A stretch of DNA of 57,684 nucleotides, the filler included, from Dugesia japonica (Eukaryota), in the NCBI GenBank assembly GCA_001938525.1. It is 6 parts of 6 records of this genome, joined end to end, with 100 filler letters (N's around TTAATTAATTAA, not from the genome) between each part and the next. Parts side by side here need not be neighbours in the genome. Positions count along the whole stretch, not along the records: positions 18,130 to 27,527 come from MQRL01363766.1; positions 27,628 to 36,515 come from MQRL01162445.1; 4 more parts are not named here. One strand, 5' to 3'. Below are positions 23,801 to 36,515 of this stretch, in pieces (the stretch's first letter is position 1; each line of letters starts with the position of its first letter). The notes beneath the pieces were generated by a model that was given only the letters and a program-made list of their open reading frames with translations, was not told the origin of the DNA and did not search any database. The position numbers and the translations under genes were made by a program.

Positions 23801-24280
23801 GCCAATAAAATCAAACCCATCAAATGGTTCCAGACAAGCTTATCAAAGGATCTCAGCCAAATCAGTGATCAACATTACAATATTATCTATTGTGACAATC
23901 GACATTACAATAATCGATCCTTAGACATTATAATATTATCTATTGATTCCTTGTGAATAACAGACTTTATATTGATGTATCTCATTATTTTATTATTGAT
24001 GTTATATATTGATGTTAATAAGTAATTATTCTATTATTTTATTATAGTTATGATTGTAAATTATTTTATTAAAGACTCTTACAAAATTTCCTTTTGTATT
24101 TACTTTCCGAATGAAAATTTGTTGATTTAAGATTAAATAAGAAAAATCTTAAATCAAATAAGAAAAATTTCTTTAATATAATAAATAATAAAATGTTAAA
24201 TTTACAATTTTGTAATAAAAAAAGTAATTTTTATTTATTTTGTAAATTTAATAAAAATTGATTTTCATTTATTTTGTAAA
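20865..24280. repeat. ~430-bp inverted repeat arms (20865-21296 and 23836-24280)
   Basis: TGATCACTGATTTGGCTGAGATCCTTTGATAAGCTT is the exact reverse complement of AAGCTTATCAAAGGATCTCAGCCAAATCAGTGATCA, and homology continues outward. Confidence 0.88.
21940..23790 (-). mobile_element. Ty3/gypsy fragment: LTR, PBS, gag, protease, RT
   Basis: TGGCAACC PBS at ~23524; LLDTEARVN protease; PINTKPWRQP; RLCLDFR; FPTPNV; YMD; GLRINPEKC; LGH. LTR resembles 35941-36070. Confidence 0.85.
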
Positions 24281-24429
24281 ATTTTTATTTATTTTATTTA
24301 AAATAAAGTTGAAACGAAAACTGATTTTAAAAATAAGATATTAAGTAATAGTTTTAAAAGATTGAAACGAAATTTAGAAAATCTGTCTTTGATTTGTGAG
24401 TTGAAACGAAATTCTCAGTATAGTAAAGT

Positions 24430-26530
24430 CTAAAATAAACAGAAAATATGATGTATAAATTACAAAAAGTAAATATAAAACTAAAGCCAATACAATGCAA
24501 ATGAGCGGAAGACAGGTATTATTTCTAGAGCATATAGTTTTCTCAAAAGCTGTACAGACAAATCCAGATAAAATAGAAGCAGTAAAAAATTTCCCAATAC
24601 CAAAAACAGTACAACAGCTCCAAATTTTTAACGGATTAGTTGGGTATTATCATCGATTCATAAAAGATTTTGCTAAAATATCTGCTTCACTAGTAAAGTT
24701 AACAAAAGATCTAAAAACAAAAGGAGAAAGCAGAAATGTGATGATTACTGAAAAATTCGATGAAAATTCATCTAAAATACAAAAACTATGGGGGAAACAA
24801 TCATTAAAAGGCTAGCGATACGTACAAGAGAAATTAAGAAAAGTGCTAATATTGAGATACCCAGATTTTGAAAAATCATTTATAATCATGACAGAGGTTA
24901 GGAGGTACGCAGTTGGAGCTGTTCTTGGACAGTAGGAAGAGAAAAACAAAGATCGCGTAATTGCATAGGTTAGTAAAATGTGAAAAGAAGCAGAAACTAG
25001 ATATTCAACAATAGAAATAGAGTGTTACGCAATAATATATGCGTTGAAACAATTTCGACCATTCATCTACGGAACAGTAGTTACTATACAAACAGACCAC
25101 AAACCACTAGAAAGCTTATGAAAAGACAAGGATACATCCAGCCGAATACTAAAATGGGGCATGAAAATCCAAGATATGAATATAAAAATAAAATACAAAC
25201 CTGGAAGAGCTACCAGAAATGCCGATGCACTATGAAGAATTCCTTACATAAAAAAAGTGGAAACGATAGAACTAATGGCTATAATAACTGAAGTTATAAA
25301 TGATAACACTTTCTCAGACGAGCAAAGAAAAGATAAAAACATCAAATCAATACGAAATAATCTCAACAAAAATACAAAATATAAAATATACAAGGATTTA
25401 ATTGTATACGATAATGTGGAAAAATCTTATGGGTTATACCTGATTCCTTAAAACAGATGTTACTTTTTCAATATCATGACGGTGCTCTTGGTGGACATTA
25501 AAACAGCATCTAGAATATTATAAAAATACTATTGCCAAAATTTACATGAGGCAAAAAACCATGGTGTAAAGCTTGTTCAATATGTGCAACTAGAAAAAAC
25601 ACTAGAACAAAAACAAAAGTACCACTTCACCTAATGCCGGTACCCAGTTCAGCAATAGAGATATGTGCTATGGACTTTTTAAGTAAATTACCAATTTCAA
25701 TAAAAATTAATAAGCATATTTGGGTATTTAGTGATTACTTTACAAATTTGGGCCGAAGCATTTCTCCTCGCTATCAGACAGAAGTAGAAATTTCTTAAGC
25801 GAAACAGTTAAAAGAGTCAACGAAATGTTCAAAATTGAAAAAATAAATATTTCAGCATACCCCCCACAGACAAGTGGTCTTGTGGAAAGATTTAACAATA
25901 CATTATGTAACAGATAATCAGTATTTGTAAATAAAAATCAAAATAATTGGGATTTGTTTATTAAACCAGCATTATTTTCCCACAACATGACAGAAAATGA
26001 AGCAACTGGATATTCACCATTCTATTAAATGTACCTGATAGAAAGTCATAATCCGATAGATGTCACATTCGAACCTATTATATCACAATGTTATGTNTAT
26101 TAAATGTACCTGATAGAAAATCATAATCCGATAGATGTCACATTCGAACCTATTATATCACAATGTTATGTTACAAAAATTCATGGAATACTACAAGGAG
26201 TGTATAAACAAGCTGGATTGAGAGTAGATTTCAAACAAGAATAGTATAAAGATTACTATACAGAAATGCAAAACCACATCAATTTAAAGTTGAAGATAAT
26301 GTGTTAATAAAGTCTCCAAATTCAAAAAATGGTCTAACAAACAAAATAGCTAGACCATTTATAGAACACTTCGAAGTAGTAAAAGTAACAGACACGAACT
26401 TACAAATAATAAAAAATAAAAATGATGATCCTATTGTAGTCGCAGTTTATATATGTAAATTAACAGAAACAGAACCAATAACTCAAAAACCACATAAATA
26501 TAATCTCACACAATCACAAAATTCATTGCC
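24430..26530 (+). mobile_element. Ty3/gypsy pol fragment (RT C-terminus, RNase H, integrase)
   Basis: GLVGYYHRFIKDFAKI; YAVGAVLG; TDHKPL; YKPGR...NADAL; HDG..GGH/C..C zinc finger; PQTSGLVERFN; TGYSPFY. Confidence 0.9.
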
Positions 26531-26534
26531 AATC

Positions 26535-26865
26535 ATGTCAGTAATATTATTATCAATCATGACAAGTTGTTCAGCGGACTTTACGTATCTATCACCTAAA
26601 AAAGGATCTTGGTCTATGGTAGAAATAGATATATATTCACGTCAATTTACATTCGAAATCACTTCACAATAAACGTTTTATGGACCTACTTACTTATTCG
26701 TAGTAGTAGGAAGAAAAATCAGCTATACAGCAAGATTTAGCGAGTTTACTGGGTTAGAACCGAATACAAAATATTACACCACTATCAACTGATTTGGAGG
26801 TTTATTGAGTAGCTCGCGCTATTGAAACTATCACTCTGACAACATTTCCAGAAAATCCAAAATAG
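26535..26865 (+). pseudogene. Extra ORF after integrase: signal peptide + fibronectin type III-like domain
   Basis: MSVILLSIMTSCSA|DF; FTGLEPNTKYYTTI; after a frameshift ITLTTFPENP. Confidence 0.55.
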
Positions 26866-26939
26866 TAATTTTGGAATCAAATATCCTGAGAAACAAGTGC
26901 ACCTAAACCTACAACTAACCTAGTAAAATCAACCCCTAC

Positions 26940-27527
26940 AAATTTTAATACTCGATAGTATTTACGTAAGTCTGTCTCAACAATCGGTTTATCAAGATTA
27001 AGAGAAGCACCAACTTGGTTTTTTTGAAAAACTTATTCAGAACAACTTCCTCATCACCTATTTCTTTATCAAAAGTATTTTCAACAGACCATTCATCAAT
27101 CACCTTAAAACTTCCTATTTCATCATCATCAGCAACTTAAGAATTACCAAATAGATCAACAATCGGATAATTAACTGAATTAACAGTTAGATCAACAACT
27201 GGAACCGCAACTGGAGCAACAAGATCTATAGAAGAACCAAATAGATCAACAGTGATTGAATTAACAGTTAGATAAACAACCGGATCCTCAACCGGAGGTT
27301 TAGTTACTTCAACCTTAATATCGGATTCATCGTCACTTATATCTATTATTTAATAGTTTCTTACTGGGAGGAATATAATTATTCATTAATTTATTAAATA
27401 ATTTTTTCTTATTAAATTCAGTTAAACGTTGTGCATATGATTTGTCAAATTATTTATATGATCCTATACTTAATGTATTGCATGTGGGGCATGTGTAATA
27501 TACCACCTTTTTATAAAGTCGACCATA
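26940..27527 (-). pseudogene. Second, diverged copy of the pPolB-type N-terminal region with SIM array
   Basis: TCNTLSIGSYK..HA/YA..L..F..KKLF.K; IIDISDDESD; VDL repeats; QVGAS...IVETD...VLKF. Collinear with 19520-20050. Confidence 0.65.
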
Positions 27528-27699
27528 NNNNNNNNNNNNNNNNNNNNNNNNNNNNNNNNNNNNNNNNNNNNTTAATTAATTAANNNNNNNNNNNNNNNNN
27601 NNNNNNNNNNNNNNNNNNNNNNNNNNNTGGAAAAATACATTTTTCGATACACGTTCTTGAGGTAATGTATAGGCAGTTTTTAATTCTCCATCCGATGAT

Positions 27700-27880
27700 A
27701 TCAAAAAAATTTACAAAAAAATTTAAAAATCCTGTTATATGAGAGTCGTAATGTTTAATTCTTTCTCTTGGGTAGAGAGTTTCGTACATTAAAACATTTC
27801 AATTATTCGGCATAATCGTAAATTCTACGAGTTGTGGATTAAAGTATGTGTCTTTTATATCAATGTATATTATTAGCTGT
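27700..27880 (-). pseudogene. Second REX4-like exonuclease fragment
   Basis: IIYIDIKDTYFNPQLVEFTIMPNN*NVLMYETLYPRERIKHYDSHITG, homologous to 16775-16905. Confidence 0.6.
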
Positions 27881-28559
27881 TCAATATCCTCTTTTGTTAG
27901 CATAGTGTATTTCATGAAGAAGGTATAATTCAATATCTCCTTTGATAGATGTGAGTGATCGAAAAGGTATTGGGATTTGATCATAATATATAAATTCAAT
28001 GGCTAAAACTGGTGGTGTGATTTGTATTGCCACTTTTATACTATTGATATTTGTATTAATAACCTCTTCAATTATTAGTGAAGTATTATTAATGACTGTT
28101 ATCAATTTTTTGTGATGCGTGCATTTTATGGGAGTTTTTTTAACATGCATTCGTATTGCTTTTAAAACTCTTTTCCCTTTCTTCAATGCTTTTCCCGGAT
28201 ATTTTGGGATTTTTATATATCCTATTAAATGTTGAAGGGCGTATCGTTTAGCATCATGAATCTTATCATGTTTAAATCTTAATCGAAAGTAATGTTTTTC
28301 AACGTATTTGAAATTTTTGTTACCCCATTAAAAATTATTTTTCTGGGTTGTTTTTCTTTAAATATATAAAATGTCACATCTATCGGCATATGGTTTTTTC
28401 TTAGATACATCAAAGAGAAATGTGAATATCCTGTGGCTGCATTTCGGTGATATTGTGCATTCTTCTTGATAACCTCTTGCAAATGATTTTTCAAATGATT
28501 CAACTCTTTAGATAACTTTTACCTTGTCATCTTATTTTAAATTGATAATTATATTTTTC

Positions 28560-29078
28560 CAAACTTATATAAAACGAATTTTATTTTTGGAACACTCAAT
28601 ATATACTGTTGGTGTTACCTTTTCATTGGTTATTGTTGTTTTTCTTTTAATATCTCGAATAATAGGTGGCTTATCCGTTGGTTGGGTTCCACTAATTTTC
28701 CTCATTGCCACTGTTCTTAATTTTGTGAGTGTACATCCAAACGGATTTATTTTGTACGTGATCATCGACTCTACGGTATCACAACTTGTATCTTTTGAGT
28801 TACAAAATGTATATGTCATCATTTTCCCAGTAGCGGCGTCGAATGCTTCTCTTATTTTCTTTAATTCGAAATTATACTGCCTTCTGACTAAGATACTGGT
28901 CTTTAGTTGTCCCCATACTTTATAGCTTCTTCTTCCACAATATCCACTGGGTGTGAACCATCCGACGATGTCTGCTCTTTGTTTTACTCTTACACCAACC
29001 TTTACTTGTAACTCATTACCATATACTTTTATAGTTTACGTTTTAAATGCCTTCTGACAATCACTTGCATCTAAAAAA
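28560..29078 (-). pseudogene. Viral envelope glycoprotein fragment, chuvirus-like cysteine pattern
   Basis: LDASDCQKAF...DIVGWFTPSGYCGRRSY...ILVRRQYNFEL...FCNSKDTSCDTVESMITY...GCTLTKL...PTVY. Confidence 0.5.
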
Positions 29079-29082
29079 AGCT

Positions 29083-32000
29083 TTTTTTAACAAGACAATA
29101 GGGTGACTACCCCATAAATACGTCATAGTAGGTATAGACGAGTCCATAACCTTATCTTTCTTTCTTTTTGCAAATAACTTCGTCAAACAGCCAAGTTTTA
29201 ATAAACTTAGCTCATACATCAGGAGAGAGGAGTGCAATCAATAGAATTTATATGATTTAAAAAGATACGATGACTGGTTTTGATGACCTTTTCTATAAGG
29301 ACCTGGGAAATGGGCTTTATTTCCTTATTGTTTAGGCCAATAGCTTTGAGGACTCTTTGATTGGCTGGATCCCAAAATCCGCGGGTACCAAGGACTATTG
29401 CATCGAGTGGTACTTCTTTGTGATACTTGGCCCCAAGATCCTTTCGAACTTGCTCATATTTGTTTTTGTTGTCTATTCTAACTTTCTTGAAGCCTTCTAA
29501 AGAATCGTATGGTACTTTGACGTTTGGAATGTGAATTTTCTTATTCCTATTGCTAGTTATAACCAGATCTGGTCTCTACTTAGTTTCTAGGCCTTGAGAT
29601 GAGCAATCGTACTGAACGTCAAAGTCCTATTTCTTGAATATTGAAGCCGTCTTTTCCAGGATTCTGTTGTGTTTGTTGTGCTTCTAGTTTTTCATGACCG
29701 GATAGTGAATAAAGATGTGCGTTTGTGTCTCAACATGAATACCACACTGTATGCAGTGAGTAGGCGTATTCATTTTGAGCCTATAGGGGTTGTAATTGGT
29801 TCGGAGAAGGTTGTTATTTGCTCTGGCCATGAATAAGAAATCCATCTCTGTGATATTTATTTTTTTCATAAATTTACTACTATAGTCAGAAACAGCAATA
29901 GCATTTGCGATGAGGCCTTGAGTAGATAGTTTGCACCAATGCTGAATGTAAGTAAAACCAATCTTCTTGTGGAGGGCCTTGCAAATCTTTGATTTGTATT
30001 CATTATTGAATATAATACTTATTTGATGATTATATTCAGCCAAGTCAGTTAGACGTAAGGAGATTAGGTTGTCATCCCTATGAAAAGTGATTTTTAGTTT
30101 ATAAGCTTCTTTGAGCCTGTTGATGGCCAATCTGACTCTAGTCCACCAGGAGGCGACTACATCAGCTTTGTCCTCGTGCAGGAAATTGTTGTTGACCCAA
30201 TCCAAACATTTGTCTAAAGAGAAGTTAGCCTCTTCGAAAGCGATGTTTACCAGTAAGTTTCAGTTCATTAGTGGCAAATTTTCTGAAGACTTCAGTGTCG
30301 GAATTCAGTGTACGTAAAGCATGTACAATGATATGAATATAATTTGAATATAATACTCATATATAGGTAGTATCAGACCAAGTCCACCAAGATTGGTTGG
30401 TACTTACAGGGAAGCATTGTTTGGACTGGTATTGGGAGCCTCAATGATTTCTTTAAGCATTTTCCTGATAAATTGATCATAGCCAGGTTGACCACTAGAG
30501 CCATCAACAGGTTTATAATGAGGTTTGTTGAGCTTCATACAGAGAATATTTCTATTTCTCATTAAGTAGATGAGCCTCGAATGAATGAACATTTTTTATG
30601 TTGGATTTTGAGAGTTGGGTGGAGATCCGAATCAGCAATCTTGGTGTAATCCTCTATGGCCTTCGAGATAATTTTCTCTAGGTTGCACTTTTTCTTTTCA
30701 CCAAAAGGTACACCTAAGTAATTGTAGAGCTTCTCCTAGTCAATGATAAAGAGTTTATCTCCATAAATTTGAATTTCGTTAGAGATGAATTGCCTGTTAG
30801 TAGTGAAGTAGCCACATTTGCTAGGTCTGAATCTAAGTAGAAAAATCTCAGAGAGAATATCTATATGATTTATCATGGCAGCACTATTCCGTTGGTTATT
30901 TGTCATAATTACGAGATCATCGGCATAAGCAAGGATGACTGTATTAAATCCAGAGTTTATAAAAGGGAATTTATTTGCAGTATCCTTGATCATGAAATCA
31001 ATAGTAAGGCTGAAGAGAGTCATAGACATTGAACATTCTTGCTTTACACCTTTACAAATTGCGATATCGCCGGTGTAAATATCAAGACAGCTGTAACTAG
31101 TATATACATCAGTATAGAGATCTCTGAGAAGATGAATAGTATCAAAGTAGGAGCCCATTTTCCTCCGAGTATTCCATTTTAATTCATGAGTTAGACTTCC
31201 AAAAGCATCAGCAAGATCCAACCAATGCAGATTAAGATTTGTCTTTTCTCTGTCAGCTTTTCCCTGATTATTTGGATAGTAGCTTTGTGTTGACAGTAGC
31301 CATCGGAGACATTGACAGCATTTTGAGTAACTGAGAGTAAGCATTCGTTCTTTATCCTCTGAAGGAGACGGAAGTTCATTATAATTGCAAAGATTCTCTG
31401 GGAAGTGTCAAGAACAGCAATTGGCCTCCGTGAAGAAACAATGTAAGATTCATTTTATTTTCCAGGTTTGAGAATAAGAGTGGTGTAAAATCTTTTCCAT
31501 TGGTTTAGGATATCCTTTTGATTAAGAGTTTTGTTAAAGAGTTCTTTAAGTAATTGATGACTATTGTCCAATTTGACCCGGTCTGAGTAGCTGATTTTGG
31601 CAAGACCTAGAGAAGATTTGTTTTTCTTGATTTGATTTCTTGAATAGTGATTTCGTCGTTGGTGTGGAAGTCTTCAGAAGCATGCAGTTTATAATTTTTT
31701 TAGAAGGTTGATGTCGAAATCTTTAGGTTTATTCTAAAAAATTCTTTGATGATGTCTTCCTTGGTAAGACATGAATCAGGAGAGGAAGAGCCAATAATTT
31801 CTTTGAAAACCGAAGATGGATTCCTAAGATATCTCGTTTGTGGTTTGTATTTGGATTCCATTATGTTGTTTCTAATATGGTGATAAGACTGTTTAGGATT
31901 TCTGACCTTGAATTTCTTAGGTGATATTTTGGCTAGTTCTTGCTGAATTTCAAGTAGAGACTCAGTTTTATGAATAGAACCATTTTGTAGTTTTTTAGTG

Positions 32001-32290
32001 ATTTGATAAATGTTTTCTTTTTTATCTTCTTTTACAGATTTGCTGTTGATTGATTTAATATGTTTGAAGATCATTTCTTTGATGTTTTTTAGATATTCTA
32101 TAACATTTGGGACAGAAATGCAATTGTTGTTAAGAAGACAGTTTGTATATGAAAAAATGAATATTTCAGTCATTATCATTTCTCGGCCGAGGATGGCTAA
32201 CCGATGTTTTAGAGTTGATAAAAATTTCTTCTTTAGGATAGTAGTAGTTGGAACAAATTCTGTTTAGTTTTGACTGGAGTTCAATTTTCT
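29083..32290 (-). mobile_element. Non-LTR retrotransposon with restriction-like endonuclease (R2/NeSL/Utopia-type clades), degenerate
   Basis: RT motifs RPIAV, LDLADAFGSL.H, GVKQ.C..S, AYADDL, Y.YLG, GGLG; zinc knuckle CIQC..VETQTH and HNRI; RLE RPDLV...VKVPYD...NKYE...GTRGFW; short A tail at ~29083-29089. Confidence 0.9.
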
Positions 32291-32394
32291 CCAGATAAAG
32301 GTAAACACTATAAGGATCAATAAGAAGAGATTTGTTTTTCATTTTGTCAACAAAGTATATGATTCAGTTATTGTTGTTCCAATTGTAAGGAAAA

Positions 32395-33115
32395 ACATAA
32401 AAAATTGAATGATTTACTTTGCTTGTATGAATATAAAAATTTGTTGATTGATGATTTATTTAACAAAACTTTAGAATAAAAAAAATTAATATTTAATGAA
32501 TAACATTTTAATTCCTAATGGTATTTCAGTTATAAATAAGGATTTAAATAATGTAAATTTAATAAATAATTATGAAAATAAGATGACGTATAATAAAATG
32601 TCACGAAGACCATGTTTAAGGTTAAAATTAAATTTTGATTGTTTACTTGATACGTGAGCTAAGATTAATGTGATTGACCATGCAATATTTTTAAAATTAA
32701 ATATTACTAAAATTAAAAGTGAATATATTAATGTTACTTGTGCTAATGAAAGTCAACTAAAAAAAATAGAAAGTATTATATTAAAAATTACACTTAATAA
32801 TACAACAGAATTTATTAACTTTTATGTTGCAGAAAATATTCCTCCCAGGAATGGATTTTTAATCTAAATTTAATATAAAATTAAAAATGCTAAATTATAT
32901 TAATAAAAAAATAAGGGAAATAAAAACTATAAACTTTTAAAATGAAGTGAATAAAAATATTAGGGATATAATTGAACGATTTTCAGAATTTTTTTGAAAG
33001 ATAAATTGAATGTAGGTAAGACAACACTATTAAAACACAGTTAGATAAACAAGGCAATGAACAGGTTATAGCTTATGGATAAAAAAAACTTTGACTAAGC
33101 ATGGATTAGGTAATT
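32395..33115 (+). mobile_element. Ty3/gypsy fragment (protease region), same family as 39182-43426
   Basis: Clear nucleotide similarity to 40480-41095; LLDT.AKINV and VTCANESQL. Confidence 0.8.
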
Positions 33116-36100
33116 GTAAAATATTATCAATTATTCCGTAAAATATTTCAAAAAAAATATGTCAGATATTTAAATCTATGAATGATTCTTCAATCCTCCC
33201 TCTTTAAATTTTTTTTTAATCTTTTCAACATTTCTTTCAATCACCTTGCCTTCTGAACTCTTCAGCAGGTATCATCTTTCATGAATCTTTTTTATCACCT
33301 CGTGTGGACCTCTAAATCTTTCTTTGTCTTTTGATCTGTTTTCTACCTTGATTAGCACATCGTCTCCAGCTTGAAAATGTATCTTTATTGGTGTTAACTA
33401 TCCGAATTCTTCATTTTTTTCTCCATTATGGAACCATCTTTCTCTATGTATTTTCTTACAGAATATCACTTCTACTGGACTTATTCCTAAAGTCTTCTGC
33501 CTTTTTACATTTAGTGTATATTCAATTTCTGGTATTATCTCTGCCCAATTTTTATTCTTTTTATCTTTTAATGTTTCATTGATGTAATCTCTGATCGTTT
33601 TGAATTGCCTTTCTACTATCCCGTTCGTATTATGATGATATGGACTTGAAAAGCAAATTCATTGAATCTGTCATCTCTTTGAAGACTTTCGATTCGAAGA
33701 TCTTCCCGCAATCTACATGTATCTCTTTTGGAGCACCAAATTTCAGTATCCATTTATCCATAATCATTTTCTTTATTGATTCCTCATCTTGTATAACTAG
33801 GGCTGTTAGGTATATGTATCTGCTAAATTTATCTATTATAGCACATATATATCTTTTTCTTCCTACGGGTTCTTGGAATGTCATACAGACATCAATATAA
33901 ATACTCTCAATGGTTCATTAGCTTTTAATTTTATAGTTTTCTCCTTTTTTCTAACTCTAGTTACTTTGTTCATTTGGTACGCTGTACATTCTTTTATTAC
34001 TTTGACACATTTTCTCATATTCATTTTTTAAATTATTTATAACTTTTTCTGTGCCTGCGTGCACCAATAAATTATTCATTTCTTTTACCAATTGAATTTT
34101 ACTTTCTGGCGGGATCCATATTTTGCCTTCTTTTGTTTTTATAATATCTTCTATTAATCGAAACCTTTTGCATGTTTCATTTTTATATCATTTTTTATCT
34201 GTTTAATTTTTTCTACGTTACTTTGCCATTTATACGTATCTGAGACTGATATACCATTAATTGTTCTTGTCTTTATTTTTCTTTCCTTTGGATTCTCATG
34301 ATATGTTAAGAATTGTACACACGTTCCACAATTCATTCTCAACAGCATATCTGCATTCGTGTGTTTCGAACCTTGTCTAAATTCCAATATCATATCTAGG
34401 CTACTAAGAATAATCATCCAAGTCTGAAATTGCGGAGTAATTGGCTTATTTGTCTTTTTTATAATCGCCTTTTGATCTGTTCTCACCAAAAATCTTTTTC
34501 CATACAAATAATGTTTAAAATGGTTACAAAAATAGTAAATGGCCAATAATTCCTTTCTTGTTATACAATATCCTTTTTCATGAGCTGACATTGTATGTGA
34601 CCCATATGCAATGACTTGTTGTAAACCTTTTTAATCTATTTGCGATAAAACTGCTCCAATTGCATCGAAACTCGAATCTGTATCCAGTACAAACATCTTT
34701 TTGATATCCGGAAAGCTCAATCAGTGTTTTTGTTAATGCCTCTTTCATATCATTAAAAGCTTTATCACAATTTTCAGACCACATAAGTTTTTTACTATAA
34801 CTTCCACATACCTCTTCCAAGCTTCTAGCTTTCTTGGAGTAATTATTCTATCTTGACCTCTAAATGCATTGATTGTCTCCATGGTTTCGTATTTATTGGT
34901 TCTCCATTTGTGAGTATTTGATGTTCTGTAATTGTTGTTCTGCCAATATCCCAGTTGTCATCTTTATAAATATTTGATCCTTCATTGCAATAGTGGCCTA
35001 TACATACACAATCTTTTCCATTTTTTCAATTAAATTAACTTGACTACCATTCCTTCTTTTGTAAATATTCGTATTGTTCGAATAATCTCTTTTTCCCAAT
35101 TTTCCGAATACTTTTCTGGACTGTTCACTTTTATTCTGATAACTAAACTGTCTGTACATATTTGTGTAACTGGTCTCTGTGTGGTGATAACTAACTTTGG
35201 TATAGTCTCTTCTTAAGTGTCTTTCAGATCCACAAGCATTGCACTTTTTTTCTTTCTTGACAATCTCTGCTTACATGACCGATTTTGTTACAGGTCCAAC
35301 ACGAGATTTCTCGTCTTTAATTGTTTTTGTTCTGTTTTATTCCTTCATTTCGACTTTTATTGAAATTTGTTTGTTCTGGACTTCGGTGAACTGCACCTCT
35401 GTAGTTACGAACTACATTTATTTCTTCAGTTTTTACTTCGTCCTGTATCTCTTCCCACTCTTTTATTGCTTAAAATACATCTTCTAATTTTTCTATTTTT
35501 CCTGATTTGATTTTATGTTTAATCTGTCTACCATTGTAACTCATCATTATTGGCACTTTTGTTAAGTCCTCTTGTTTTCATTTATGAGTCATTAACTTTT
35601 CCACCAATCATTCAATCTTTTTCTTATAGATATTTATATGCTTTCTATTCCTTCGATATTTTAGAGCTTCCTCGATAACTTTCATCATTGTTGATGGCCT
35701 AAAGAAAGCTTTTCTGAATCTTTCTTCAAATTCCAATGATTCGTCTTCATTTTAATAGATTTCACGCTGTTCTTGATTTATGAAAGCAACTACAAACAAA
35801 CTCCTTTGGCATTTCTTAGTTCCGGTTATATCAAAATATTTCGTTGTCTTCAAAAGAAATTTTTCAAGATCATCGCCCAATTGGAAAATTCAATGGTTCA
35901 TGGCTTCTTTTAGCAAATCCAATGATGCGTTGGTCGCCATATTAGTTAAATTCAAATTATCATAAGTCTCCATAAATTTATATTTATTATTACAAGTGTT
36001 TTTGATTAAAAAAAAATAATAATGAAGAATAATTCATAGTATTTAAACTAATAATCTGAGAATTTTTTCAATAAAATATTTTAAAAATATTGATTTTTTT

Positions 36101-36221
36101 TACTAAATATTTTACTTTACATAATGATTTCATAAAATATTCTAAAAATATTTCATAAAATATTCCACAAAATATTTCAAAAAAAATATGTCAGATATTT
36201 AAATCTATGAATGATTCTTCA
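33115..36221 (-). mobile_element. Ty3/gypsy LTR retrotransposon, internally deleted
   Basis: 5' LTR 36221-35941 and partial 3' LTR starting 33192 share TGAAGAATCATTCATAGATTTAAATATCTGAC; PPT AGAGGGAGGAT; PBS TGGCGACC; RNase H (KGYCITRKELLA) and integrase (IIDKFSR, HVDCGK). Confidence 0.88.
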
Positions 36222-36339
36222 TAAATTTAAATGAATAATCATTTCAGTATATTTTAGTCATCTAATTATCATTCTGCTTCTTTGTTTGCTCCTTGGTTTC
36301 CTGCTTGCTCATTTGTTTTCATGGGTTCCTTTCTTTCTA

Positions 36340-36515
36340 GGTAGCCAATATTCATATATTGTTAGAAAATAGGAGTTTAACATAAAAAATACGGGTCTCG
36401 TCATTAGAAATACTTGATTCATCATTAAAAATATAGATCTTAACATTGAAAATACAGGTTTAATGGAGAATATATGTTTAATAGCACATATTGGTTTTAT
36501 CATAAAAATATGGGT
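36340..36515. repeat. Degenerate ~21-bp tandem repeat
   Basis: CAT.AAAATA recurs at ~21-nt intervals. Confidence 0.5.

Noticed and set aside
26023-26172. ~75-bp tandem duplication in the integrase
   Set aside because: The copies are separated by a single N, so this is probably an unmerged contig overlap. The duplication at 49632-49740 is similar.
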